From: Antedon mediterranea
Lineage: Eukaryota > Animalia > Echinodermata
Assembly: GCF_964355755.1 (NCBI RefSeq)
Contig: NC_092673.1
Span: forward strand, 16,675,648-16,739,647
Direction: 5' to 3'
Length of the DNA stretch: 64,000 nucleotides
Positions 41,236 through 50,769 of the stretch are shown here, piece by piece. Both the position numbers and the translations under genes were made by a program. Numbering within the stretch: position 1 is the first letter of the stretch; every line of letters starts with the position of its first letter. The notes under the pieces were generated by a model. The model saw nothing but the letters and a program-made list of their open reading frames with translations. It was not told the origin of the DNA and ran no database searches.

Positions 41236-43476
41236 ATGCATGCCTACTTTACACGAGTGAAATACTGCCAGAAAAAACTGACAATTCGTTGTACAGACCC
41301 GATCGGACGACGTTTGTCGCTGCAGACAAGCAATGTTGAATTCGTCGAATACGTTGAAGATGACGTGTGCGGTGACTGTGTAATGAGCAGAGGTGACAAA
41401 TACGTAGCATCGAATCGAAAATACAGAAAAGTTGTATCAAACAACAGAAAGAGAATGATAAACGCTTTCGGCAATCTTCCATCTGTCGACGACGATCTGG
41501 ACGCTCAGTGTGCAGTCGGTGTACACGGATGTGCATGGCATCGATACTCGTTGAATGAGCATGGATTCGTTTCGAACGTACACTATGATGAGCAAGTGCA
41601 CTTTGAATGCGAAAAAATACATCCTGTAAAACTGTCCGTTCTCTACTTGATCATTAGATTGAACGTATACGGACGAATCATTGCGGCACTGTCTTACGAC
41701 GGTACGAGTGTTGTACAAGCAGCAACAACAGACGACAATGAACGAAGCATACTGCTTGGAATCATAAAATCTTTCGATTCAGTTGACGTGCTCGTCTATC
41801 ACGGAGAATGGGTGAGAGCGAGCATACGAGCACGATGTAAGACATTGAACGTGCCGATCGATAGCATGCCCATTTGTCTAGACACCACGAACGATGCGCG
41901 CACGTTATGTTGTGATCCAAACTCCCTGTACGAGTACGTTGGTAGACGATCCTGTTTCGAGTTGATGGCCAGCGTATCGGACGGGGCCATGCAAGACGAC
42001 GCGTCTCTTTTGCCAGAATATTGCAAACAGGTAGAATCGAAAAAATTGATTGATACACTGATGAACGTGTCTAGACTCGTCGGAGTGTTCCCGAACGCAT
42101 CGAGAACGCAGGTGCTCTCATCCCTGCTTTGCCGCGAGGCTATACGTCGACAAACTGTTTTCCCAAACACTCGTCGTAGAAAATCGACGCGAGACGTTAA
42201 AGGTGGTCTTGTACTGGAAACTGTACCCGATATTCACGAACACGTAGAAGTGTACGATTTCAAATCCTACTATCCACGCTTTATAGTAGACAAGAATGTA
42301 GACTATTCAACAATGTGTGAGGACGGTTCTTTTGTCGATCGGAACGTACGCGAAGGTCTTTTGCCGTCTATCATGAAGAGACTGGTGTTGGGGCGAGATG
42401 CTCATCCGCAGCACGCGACTGCCTACAAACGAGCCGCCAACGAATGCATAGGGTGTCTAGTAATTACCGGCAGTGTTCAACTGTACAACTACGTGACCTC
42501 GAAATGCAGACAGCAACTTTGTCGTCTAAAGAAATGCGCCGAAGATAACGGAGCTCGCGTTCTGTACGGAGACACGGATTCATTGTTTGTGAAACTAGCT
42601 GATGATTGTTGCAGCAGCAGAAAACGTTTGGAAGAAAGATTTGCGCAGGTTATAGGCGGCGGCGGCGGCGGCGGTGATAGCTGGCAGAAATTTGTACACA
42701 GAGAGACACTCTGTCGATTGTTATTGACCAACAAGAAGAAAAGGTACGCGTGTTTGCACGCCGACGGGAACATCAGCACCACTGGCATGTTCACCTTAAA
42801 ATGTGACGTTGAACCATTACTTACAGAACTGGATAAAAACTTTGTTGAAACTGCTCTGAAGGAACGCGATTGCAACGCGGCCATAGATACGTGCATCGAC
42901 ATCATGCAAACACTTGTCTGTAAACTGAAAGACTCGCAGCAAGTAGACGAGCTAATGATGCGTAGAGTGTCCAAGAAAGAGACTAGCTCTGCCGCGTACA
43001 AGCAAATGTGCATCGCCTTTGGACTGTATCGACAAGTGCCCTACTACATCCGACATAACGGAGTGGCGTATCATCCGTTGGCTGCTGCCTGTTGCAATTC
43101 GACAGTGGACGCAACCGATCTACTAAGAGGTCTAAGAAAACGTTGTCGCATTGATACAGATTCCGTGCTGGGCGTTCTCGTTTCTTCTTCTTACAACAAC
43201 AATATCATAAGTATACAAGAACGAATGGATAAGATGTACGCTATGATTGCAAACGTTCCATTGCATCTCTCTCGCGCGAAAACATATGAGCAGCAGCAGC
43301 AGACAACAAATGTGGACTGTTGCGCTAAAGTTGTATGCACAACGAGCCAAGAAGAACGTCAGGTTAGAAAGAACGAGCACGTTTTTAGCAGCGTGCAAGA
43401 AGAAGATAAAAGAATACTGTTTATTGTACGCTGTCACGATGCCCTTTGTAAACGGGCACATGCTTTCTGCGCTTGA
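41236..43476 (+). CDS. Family B DNA polymerase, short and divergent
   Basis: KGGLVLE, YDFKSYYP (motif A), YKRAANECIG (motif B variant), YGDTDS (motif C), KKRYA. Confidence 0.92.
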   Translation: MHAYFTRVKYCQKKLTIRCTDPIGRRLSLQTSNVEFVEYVEDDVCGDCVMSRGDKYVASNRKYRKVVSNNRKRMINAFGNLPSVDDDLDAQCAVGVHGCAWHRYSLNEHGFVSNVHYDEQVHFECEKIHPVKLSVLYLIIRLNVYGRIIAALSYDGTSVVQAATTDDNERSILLGIIKSFDSVDVLVYHGEWVRASIRARCKTLNVPIDSMPICLDTTNDARTLCCDPNSLYEYVGRRSCFELMASVSDGAMQDDASLLPEYCKQVESKKLIDTLMNVSRLVGVFPNASRTQVLSSLLCREAIRRQTVFPNTRRRKSTRDVKGGLVLETVPDIHEHVEVYDFKSYYPRFIVDKNVDYSTMCEDGSFVDRNVREGLLPSIMKRLVLGRDAHPQHATAYKRAANECIGCLVITGSVQLYNYVTSKCRQQLCRLKKCAEDNGARVLYGDTDSLFVKLADDCCSSRKRLEERFAQVIGGGGGGGDSWQKFVHRETLCRLLLTNKKKRYACLHADGNISTTGMFTLKCDVEPLLTELDKNFVETALKERDCNAAIDTCIDIMQTLVCKLKDSQQVDELMMRRVSKKETSSAAYKQMCIAFGLYRQVPYYIRHNGVAYHPLAAACCNSTVDATDLLRGLRKRCRIDTDSVLGVLVSSSYNNNIISIQERMDKMYAMIANVPLHLSRAKTYEQQQQTTNVDCCAKVVCTTSQEERQVRKNEHVFSSVQEEDKRILFIVRCHDALCKRAHAFCA

Positions 43477-43547
43477 AAAAAAAATAAATAAAATTCAATA
43501 ATAAATAAACAACTTGTTTGTTTTTTTTTCTTTGTGGTTTTTTATTC

Positions 43548-44684
43548 TCACAATACATTGCAATTACACGAGTAACTTGCGTCCATGTCTTCTACACCGA
43601 GTGTAACATTGTCCAACAGTCTACGTCGGCCAATAAACGATGGTGGGTTCACGACTTCATCGCCGGTACGCAGACAACGTCTAAGTCTGTCTCGTTTGAT
43701 TTTGTTCTCGTCAATACACAAATCATCACTATCATCACATTCGTTGTGCCGGCCCAAAAATAGAGAAAACACACTCTCGGTGCTTGCTCTGTCCGGTTCG
43801 TGTAACACGGTTGATTCGGTTACGCACGGAGGCAACGTGATTCCAATGGCACCTAATCGTTTCCATACACTCGGTTGAAATATGTCGGCACTTGACGTGA
43901 ACGCCGTACTGCGATCATTCACTTCTGTGAGTAATCGTAACGGACATACAAACTGCGAGAATACTGTATCGATGTACTGACGATACTGATACCAATTTCG
44001 TAACGGATTGCGCCTATTCAACGACACGTCTGAAATGAACGCTCGAACGTCAGTGTCGGCCAATTCGAAATCTAATACAGTCCGGTTACCGTCATCCTCC
44101 TCCTCCTCCTCCTCCTCATTCTCTTGACCAAGAAAAACCAAGTCTCGAGATCGATTGGCAAGATCTACAAACATGTCGTTCATCGTTTGCAACGAGAAAA
44201 CGGCTGTAAGAAAGTCAGCGTTTAACCATCGAATCGGTTCGTTGACTCGAGCTTTAAGAAATTTCGGCCGATTACCCGTTTGTATATCACCTCCTACGTA
44301 CAATTGATCGAGACACGTCTTCAGAATGCGCGCACAATCAGACGCTTGCGAGCCCTGATTGTACGATAAACACAAGTGTCGGAATATTCTCATGAGAAGC
44401 TCAAAGTAAGGATTGTCCGAACCGTAACGTTTACCATCAAAGTACCATTGAAACGTTGCAACAGTGTCTATAGTGTACGATCCAACGAACATTCGCCAAT
44501 CGTGCATCGAGTCTAGCGTACGAAATAGATCCATAAATTGTGTAAAATCGTCTAATCTAGCCATCCATAAACGTTCAGTTTTTTTGTCATCATCGTCTAC
44601 AGTCAAAAGTTTCGACCAAGAAACGTGCACGGCAGGTGATGGAAGTCCGAGTCTCAACACACACACTGTCTTTAACAATTCCAT
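43548..44684 (-). CDS. Hypothetical protein
   Basis: ~378-aa ORF from MELLKT. Confidence 0.6.
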   Translation of the reverse strand: MELLKTVCVLRLGLPSPAVHVSWSKLLTVDDDDKKTERLWMARLDDFTQFMDLFRTLDSMHDWRMFVGSYTIDTVATFQWYFDGKRYGSDNPYFELLMRIFRHLCLSYNQGSQASDCARILKTCLDQLYVGGDIQTGNRPKFLKARVNEPIRWLNADFLTAVFSLQTMNDMFVDLANRSRDLVFLGQENEEEEEEEDDGNRTVLDFELADTDVRAFISDVSLNRRNPLRNWYQYRQYIDTVFSQFVCPLRLLTEVNDRSTAFTSSADIFQPSVWKRLGAIGITLPPCVTESTVLHEPDRASTESVFSLFLGRHNECDDSDDLCIDENKIKRDRLRRCLRTGDEVVNPPSFIGRRRLLDNVTLGVEDMDASYSCNCNVL

Positions 44685-45116
44685 AATACACACAACAACA
44701 AACAAACAAAAAAACACTGTATTACATAAACATTTATTATTTATTTCTTATACACATTTTCGTAAATGTTGAAAGTAAATGTTTTTCGTGTTTGTATTCT
44801 GCTAAAATCTCTTCTACTCTACAAACTAATTGTTTGTTTACGTCAGTTTTTTGGTGAAGTTGTTCCAATACACGATACAGGTCATGCACTGGCATCTGAA
44901 TACATGCTTCCAAGTTCATTTTTTTTCCTAATTTTTTTTTTCTACTTCATCATAAATATCATCATATGATTTTTTTGTTTTTATTTTGTTTTTGCATTCT
45001 TCTCTTGTAGAGTAGCGATGATCCGAGTTGTATAATGAATACGTCGTTCATGACACATTTTCCACCACCACCACCACCACCACCACCACCACCAACAACA
45101 ACAACAACGGCTTGAG

Positions 45117-45896
45117 TCATTTCAATTGATAGCGTTTTCGTTTGCTGCCAGATCGTTTACGGCACATGTAATGGAATGCTACATTGATTTGCAACAGTTT
45201 CTGATCAGTCAACGGTTTACCGTACTGCAGTTCATGTTCCATAGACAGTCGACAGTCAACTGAATCGAAATCGTTGATGTGTCTTAGAATTGTATCGAGA
45301 AATATGCGGCCGGTACGTTTGAGTGAATCGACCGTTTGAAATTGCGTGTTGCAACGGAGTGACGGTGAAAACAGTTGAAACTTTCGATTGCGTCCGTCTC
45401 CTCCGTCCTTGCGATCGTTTGAGATTGTAAACTTGATGGATGGGAAACGATCGTTACTGTCCACCGACTGAGATTCGTTCAACTTGAGGCGTTCCACAAC
45501 AACCGATGGATTGTCTCGAATTCCATAAATTCTTCCCGCGTGATTCAGGTTATTTGTAGACGTGTGCATCGGAACGCTCTTGAACTTTCCCCATAACAGT
45601 GTCTGATGAAATTGATAATTCAATGACGTTTTTGTTCGTACGTTGAAATTTCCTCTCGTCGTAATGTTTGTCGAGCCGGTGGATGCAAACGACAAGGCGG
45701 TGGATCCTCGACATAACGGCGATTGAAATTCTACCATGTCGTCTTGTAATTTGGTTCCTCGCATGTGTATGGAATGTGTCTTTTCACGTTTGTCGTACGC
45801 GTATCGATGAGCAATGTTCTGCGACGACACCACGTTCACTAGGAAGAAATTGATGGCAGCTGTTTTACACGTAGATTCGACTTGGACGTGCACCAT
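45117..45896 (-). CDS. TATA-binding-protein-like factor
   Basis: Two TBP-like repeats: LVNVVSS...STALSFASTGSTNITTRG and NNLNHAGRI...DRFPSIKFTI...FQLFS. Confidence 0.6.
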   Translation of the reverse strand: MVHVQVESTCKTAAINFFLVNVVSSQNIAHRYAYDKREKTHSIHMRGTKLQDDMVEFQSPLCRGSTALSFASTGSTNITTRGNFNVRTKTSLNYQFHQTLLWGKFKSVPMHTSTNNLNHAGRIYGIRDNPSVVVERLKLNESQSVDSNDRFPSIKFTISNDRKDGGDGRNRKFQLFSPSLRCNTQFQTVDSLKRTGRIFLDTILRHINDFDSVDCRLSMEHELQYGKPLTDQKLLQINVAFHYMCRKRSGSKRKRYQLK

Positions 45897-47521
45897 GAGT
45901 TTTCTCGTATAGGCGTGTGTATCGATTTTATTTTGTTTCCTAACATCTCTTTGAAAACCCTATCGGTGACCGTTTGCTGCTTCACTCCAAGAGGAAGAAT
46001 GATTGACGAATCCTTTTCAATCTCGACAACTAAATGACCGTCTGTCGTTTGTCGATGCGTTGGAAACAATGACACCAAGAATCGACGTTCTCTGTCGTTG
46101 TAAACTCTAAACTCTACCGACGACGACGATGACGACGACGACGATGACGAAGGTTTTCGATACAGATTCAATGCTGATCGAACAAACACGACCGCTAACG
46201 TGCCGTCTGCGTTGTCAATCAACAGGTTCATATGATCAACTGTTATGTTTGCGCCACTTTCTTGAAACACCACATCTCCAACTAGCGTTTGAAAGTCTCT
46301 GTAAAACAAATGAACGACATTCTGCGCAACCATCTTCACCGATAACATGTCCATAGATTCGATGTTGGTGCGCTGTGATTGAACGTCGTTCTTCAACACT
46401 AGAAACGACTTTCTGTTCTCCGGTATTGGATTTAAATTGTCAACAAGCCGATCGATAAAACGTTCACCGAGAACACTTCGATATCGATCCAGTATAGGCA
46501 GTTCATCGGACGGCTGGCATTCCAGAGCCTTACATATGTTCATGTCAGAGTTTACGTACGTGTACCAGTAAGCCGTTTCGAATTTTGTCATACCACCTCT
46601 TATCTTCACAAATTGTCTGCAGAGGCCGACAAGAGTGTGTAATATCTTCGACTTTTGCCCAGTGTCTCCAAGTCTTTTCATGTCTGTGTATTGCACCTCA
46701 TCAAATTGTTGGCATTCGTTGTACATTGTGGCCGTCACCACGGTCATTGCGGCAGAAAACACGTCCGATTCACTATTCAGCAGTTTCACCACTCTGTCTG
46801 TCATCACGTGACTGATATCTCGATACCCTATGGACACTAGTCTTTCTACGCTGCGCACTCCTCCGAATCCAGTGTCAACGTCCATTGTGTAGATCGGCAT
46901 GTCCGATGGTATGTACGCGGAGGCTATCGATTCTCCGTGAACGCATCCAACACCTCCAAATAAGCCGACCTTTTTGCTCGATTCAAATTCGATCATTTTT
47001 CGACGATGTACTTCGGCCGAACCAAAATCAATAAACTTGAATCGGCCCTGCCGTCTGTTGTACGTCACATTCCTGATGGTTATGTCGTTATGTGCGACTC
47101 CTATCTTGTCCAGAAAAGCAAGCCCCTCGCCAACATGTCGATAAAGTGTAAGCACGCACGGCAACATTTGCATTGTCATCCGTATTGTAAACAAGTCAAA
47201 ACCTTCGTTTGTCATGCGCAGACATTGAGTCACTCCTGAATCGACGACTGCCTGACATATCTGCGGCGTGTACCGTTTCAATCTGTCAAAGTAGTTTGCG
47301 TAAGCTAAAATGAAAGTTTCCTTGTTGAATGTTAAACGTACTCGTGCATCGCTGCTATTCTGATTGCCACAATGTAATTTTTCAACTAAACCAGACTCTA
47401 TCGAATGGACAACGCCAAAAGAACCTCGGCTGTTCACAGTCACCAACGGATCGATTGTATTATCCAATTTGCCAAACGATAAAATCTTTTTTTGACCGTG
47501 CATTGCCGTCGTGTGCGTCAA
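45839..47521 (-). CDS. Ser/Thr protein kinase, paralog 1
   Basis: RGSFGVV, EK, KE, HNDITIRNV, IDFGSA, SDVFSA. Confidence 0.85.
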   Translation of the reverse strand: MTHTTAMHGQKKILSFGKLDNTIDPLVTVNSRGSFGVVHSIESGLVEKLHCGNQNSSDARVRLTFNKETFILAYANYFDRLKRYTPQICQAVVDSGVTQCLRMTNEGFDLFTIRMTMQMLPCVLTLYRHVGEGLAFLDKIGVAHNDITIRNVTYNRRQGRFKFIDFGSAEVHRRKMIEFESSKKVGLFGGVGCVHGESIASAYIPSDMPIYTMDVDTGFGGVRSVERLVSIGYRDISHVMTDRVVKLLNSESDVFSAAMTVVTATMYNECQQFDEVQYTDMKRLGDTGQKSKILHTLVGLCRQFVKIRGGMTKFETAYWYTYVNSDMNICKALECQPSDELPILDRYRSVLGERFIDRLVDNLNPIPENRKSFLVLKNDVQSQRTNIESMDMLSVKMVAQNVVHLFYRDFQTLVGDVVFQESGANITVDHMNLLIDNADGTLAVVFVRSALNLYRKPSSSSSSSSSSSVEFRVYNDRERRFLVSLFPTHRQTTDGHLVVEIEKDSSIILPLGVKQQTVTDRVFKEMLGNKIKSIHTPIRENSWCTSKSNLRVKQLPSISS

Positions 47522-47529
47522 TCGAATGA

Positions 47530-48762
47530 TTAAGAGAGAATGGCTTTCTGACGTTTATCTATTTTACCTCGACAAATCGGACACAACAGCAAACTGTTTG
47601 AACACGACCAGCAGGCGACCAAATGCGAACATGGAATGAAAAGAACACAAACGTCAGCGTCCATGCATATCTTACATGTTTTTTTTTCGCGTAAATCGCG
47701 CACAACAGATTGCAAATCTTCTTCTTCCTCCACTTCTTCCTCTTCTACCACTGTTGGTTTATCGTTCACTGGAATCGTGACAGCGTTCAGAAGCTCAAGG
47801 CTAGACGTAAAGTTTCCACCGGTTCTCTTCACGTGATCGTTTACAGTAGTCGATACATGTTGCATGTCAAAACCCATTTCTAAAACTTTCACAACGATTT
47901 CAGAGCGCATTGCAATATCAAACGGACTTTTTGACGAAATAAGAGCCGTCTCGATGAAAGGAAAACCTTTTTCGATTCTCAACCAATTGCAGAACGGAAA
48001 CCACTTTGCATGCTCGATCCAAGGATTATCGTCTAATTGTCAGTCTTTCAGTCCACCGCCGCAATGGAAACACATTGCCTGGCTCCGATTGATTGCAAAG
48101 AATCCGGCCTCGGCTATTCCGTTCGGCGTATGATCGGTAGCCCATACTGTAGTAAACGTCATTTTTCGAACATTCAAAAGAGCGTATTGTGGATGCATTG
48201 CCCGTTGCCTATTGGTGGTGGTGGTGGTGGGGGTCGCCACGGTGGCCGCGGTGGATAACATGAACTTACACAACGGAAAATGTTTTCTATGCTCTTCGTC
48301 GACATTCACTCCTCTTTTCCATCGCTCAAGTAAACCGTTGCAAGAGAAGCATTCGACTACGTCACAGCATGACCTGTAATAAAATCCAGACTTTGCTAAA
48401 GTGCACGCCGATACGATGTGTCCAAATGGCCAGTTTTTAAAAGTCGACAATCTGACCATATGCGAGTTTGAGTCGACCAAATGTGTTTTACTGCCGATTA
48501 AAGGACTGCTGTTACCACATGACATCAGTTTGCACAACGGGAAGTGTTTCTTGTGCTCTGTATCGGCATCTGCTCCGGCGTTCCATCTCGAAAGTTTACC
48601 GTGACAACGGTAACATTCTACCCGGTCGTCTTGCCCCGTATAAAAGAAGCCCGACATTGCTAACGATGTAGGCGATATCACGTGTCCCGCAATCCAAAAC
48701 TCATACGTGGCCAATCGTCTTTCATAACATTCCATCGCGCCTGTATGCACTATTTTATTCAT
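47530..48762 (-). CDS. iap: Inhibitor of apoptosis (3 BIR + UBA + RING) interrupted by an in-frame TGA at 48042-48040
   Basis: BIR motifs C..C...W......EH.K.FP.C three times; the frame reads GLKD*QLDDNPWIEHAKWFPFC into UBA (LEMGF) and RING (CKICMD...PCSHLVACWSC...CPICR). Confidence 0.92.
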
Positions 48763-48859
48763 TTCTGTCTGTGTGCGCGAGCGGGTGTGTGTGTGTGTGT
48801 GTGTGTGGCCCGAAGAGTATATATTATAGCAATTTGTAAATTCAGATTCACCACACACG

Positions 48860-49222
48860 ATGGAGGATTCGATCGCAAAAGAAATGAACACTGTTGTGGA
48901 AAATCTGAAATCGATATATTTTAAACAATTCTCTGATATTTTGAATACGATGATTAGAAACGGATGCAACGGATGTATTCACGAGCATCCTTCTCAGATC
49001 GAACATGATCTATGTTTGATGGCTCCGGATAGAGAGAATATAGAACGTTTCTTTGACAACATTGTTATCGATAAAGAGGTACTGTTCATAGAATGGTGTC
49101 ATCAAAATGCTGATTTTCTGGAAAGTTGCTCTAATGTCAACGCCTGGTTCGAAGTTCTATTGTCGGAAATAAAAGATAGCAACAATTTAATCGATCAAAT
49201 ATACCGTTATAGATTAATTTAA
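48860..49222 (+). CDS. Small protein with CxGCxxxHPSQxxHxxC motif
   Basis: CNGCIHEHPSQIEHDLC; divergent from iap across a (GT)n tract and TATA-like element. Confidence 0.6.
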   Translation: MEDSIAKEMNTVVENLKSIYFKQFSDILNTMIRNGCNGCIHEHPSQIEHDLCLMAPDRENIERFFDNIVIDKEVLFIEWCHQNADFLESCSNVNAWFEVLLSEIKDSNNLIDQIYRYRLI

Positions 49223-49354
49223 TTTCTCTTGCGCCGGTATTTTCTTCGGTAGATTTGATATGAATTTTTACTCGACATACAACTTGTAATATAGAAACAA
49301 CTGAATGTATTCTCCTTCATTCATAAGCAAGTCAAACACGAGTGTAGGTGCAGA

Positions 49355-50767
49355 ATGATTTCATCCAATGATCTGGTGAAAACGACCGCAGAGAAGGTTA
49401 TGCCTAAGTCAGATGATTTGTTACAGGACGAAAACGCTTCGTTGAAGAAAAGTGTAAAATGTATACACCTTCTAGAACAGTTGTTGAAAGACCGTGATAA
49501 ATCGTTGAACCACTTAGAGAAGACGGTAAAAAACTATAAATTATGTATTGAACATCTACAATGGCGCTTACACAAACACAACTTGGACTCATCAGTTGAT
49601 TTGAAAGAACATGAAATATTCGAGCCTGGTCACGATAAACCGATTTTAATAAGCTTGTTGAATGACGCTATACGATATAAAAGATTTCTTGACGAGAAGT
49701 TTAGCTCCGAAGAGGTAAGACGAAACTAAGTGTGAGAATATTTGTCATGAATTCGTTAAAATTATCATAGTGGTGTGAGTGTGTGATTTATTATTATTTT
49801 TTTTTAATGTTCAGGTTGCCGAAGCAAAAGAAACCATTTCTGTTCTTGAGAAAGAAGTTAGTAAGCTGTGTGTACAGTTGAAACGGAAAGAGAACGAACT
49901 CATTGTTGTTTTAACTAAAATGAGATCCTCAGACGACGAGAAAGATGTAGTAATTAGTAAGTTAAAATGTCAGCTACGAGATTATTTTTCACAGCGTAAC
50001 AATGATGACGCTGTTCGTGACACGTTGAGCTCCGAAATAAGAACATTAAAATCAAATACTGAACAGTTTGTTGAAGAGAAAAAGAAGATAACAAATGAAC
50101 TAAAAGCATATGCGCAAAGAGAGAAGGTATGGGTACAGGAAAGAAATATGTGTTTTGCTCACGCTAGAATTTTACATTCAGAATCAAAGTTCGAAGATGA
50201 ATGTAAAACGTTGCAAGAACAGGTTCGAAATTTAAGTCGTGAAAATACAGATTTATGTAGGCAATTAAAAGAGATAATTGTTATGAACACTCGCTGGCAA
50301 AAGTACTCTGAACAAAGAGAAGCACACGTTGTGCAGTTGAAACAACAATTGAAAGTATCTGAAAACAAAGTTTTCAAGAATCATTGCCTTATTTCTGAAC
50401 TTGAGCGGATGGAAAAAGAGAAACGAAAAAAAGAAATCGATACTGCTGTTCTTAGTTTGGCAACAGATTTGGGAAAGACATGCGAATTGAATTGACTAAA
50501 CACAATAACAGACTTGATGAAATAATTGGTCAATATCAAGAGACGTATGCGTCACTTCAACAATCTTACTTACCTTCTTCTAATACTCCCGATATTCTTG
50601 AATTAGTTTGTGATGATGATGATTATGCAGCTGTAGAAGACGGTAATTTGGATGAATTATTACAATGTCCTCGTTTTCTGAAAGAGTTTAATATCATAGA
50701 ACATGTTCAGTTAGTTGATCATTTAGATACATGTGATGTTGATGAATACAATAATTCTATCTTATAA
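49355..50767 (+). pseudogene. Host-derived TNIP2(ABIN-2)/CEP55-like coiled-coil gene with a spliceosomal intron and a frameshift
   Basis: EABR-like MNTRWQKYSEQREAHVVQL; C-terminal LQCPRF...LVDHLDTC Zn-finger remnant; phase-0 GT-AG intron 49715-49814; AATTG duplication near 50485 shifts the frame. Confidence 0.7.
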
Positions 50768-50769
50768 AA

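Noticed and set aside
41236-43476. Polinton/Maverick or adintovirus identity based on PolB
   Set aside because: No protein-primed PolB features, retroviral-type integrase, FtsK-like ATPase or double-jelly-roll capsid seen; the protease is assemblin-type
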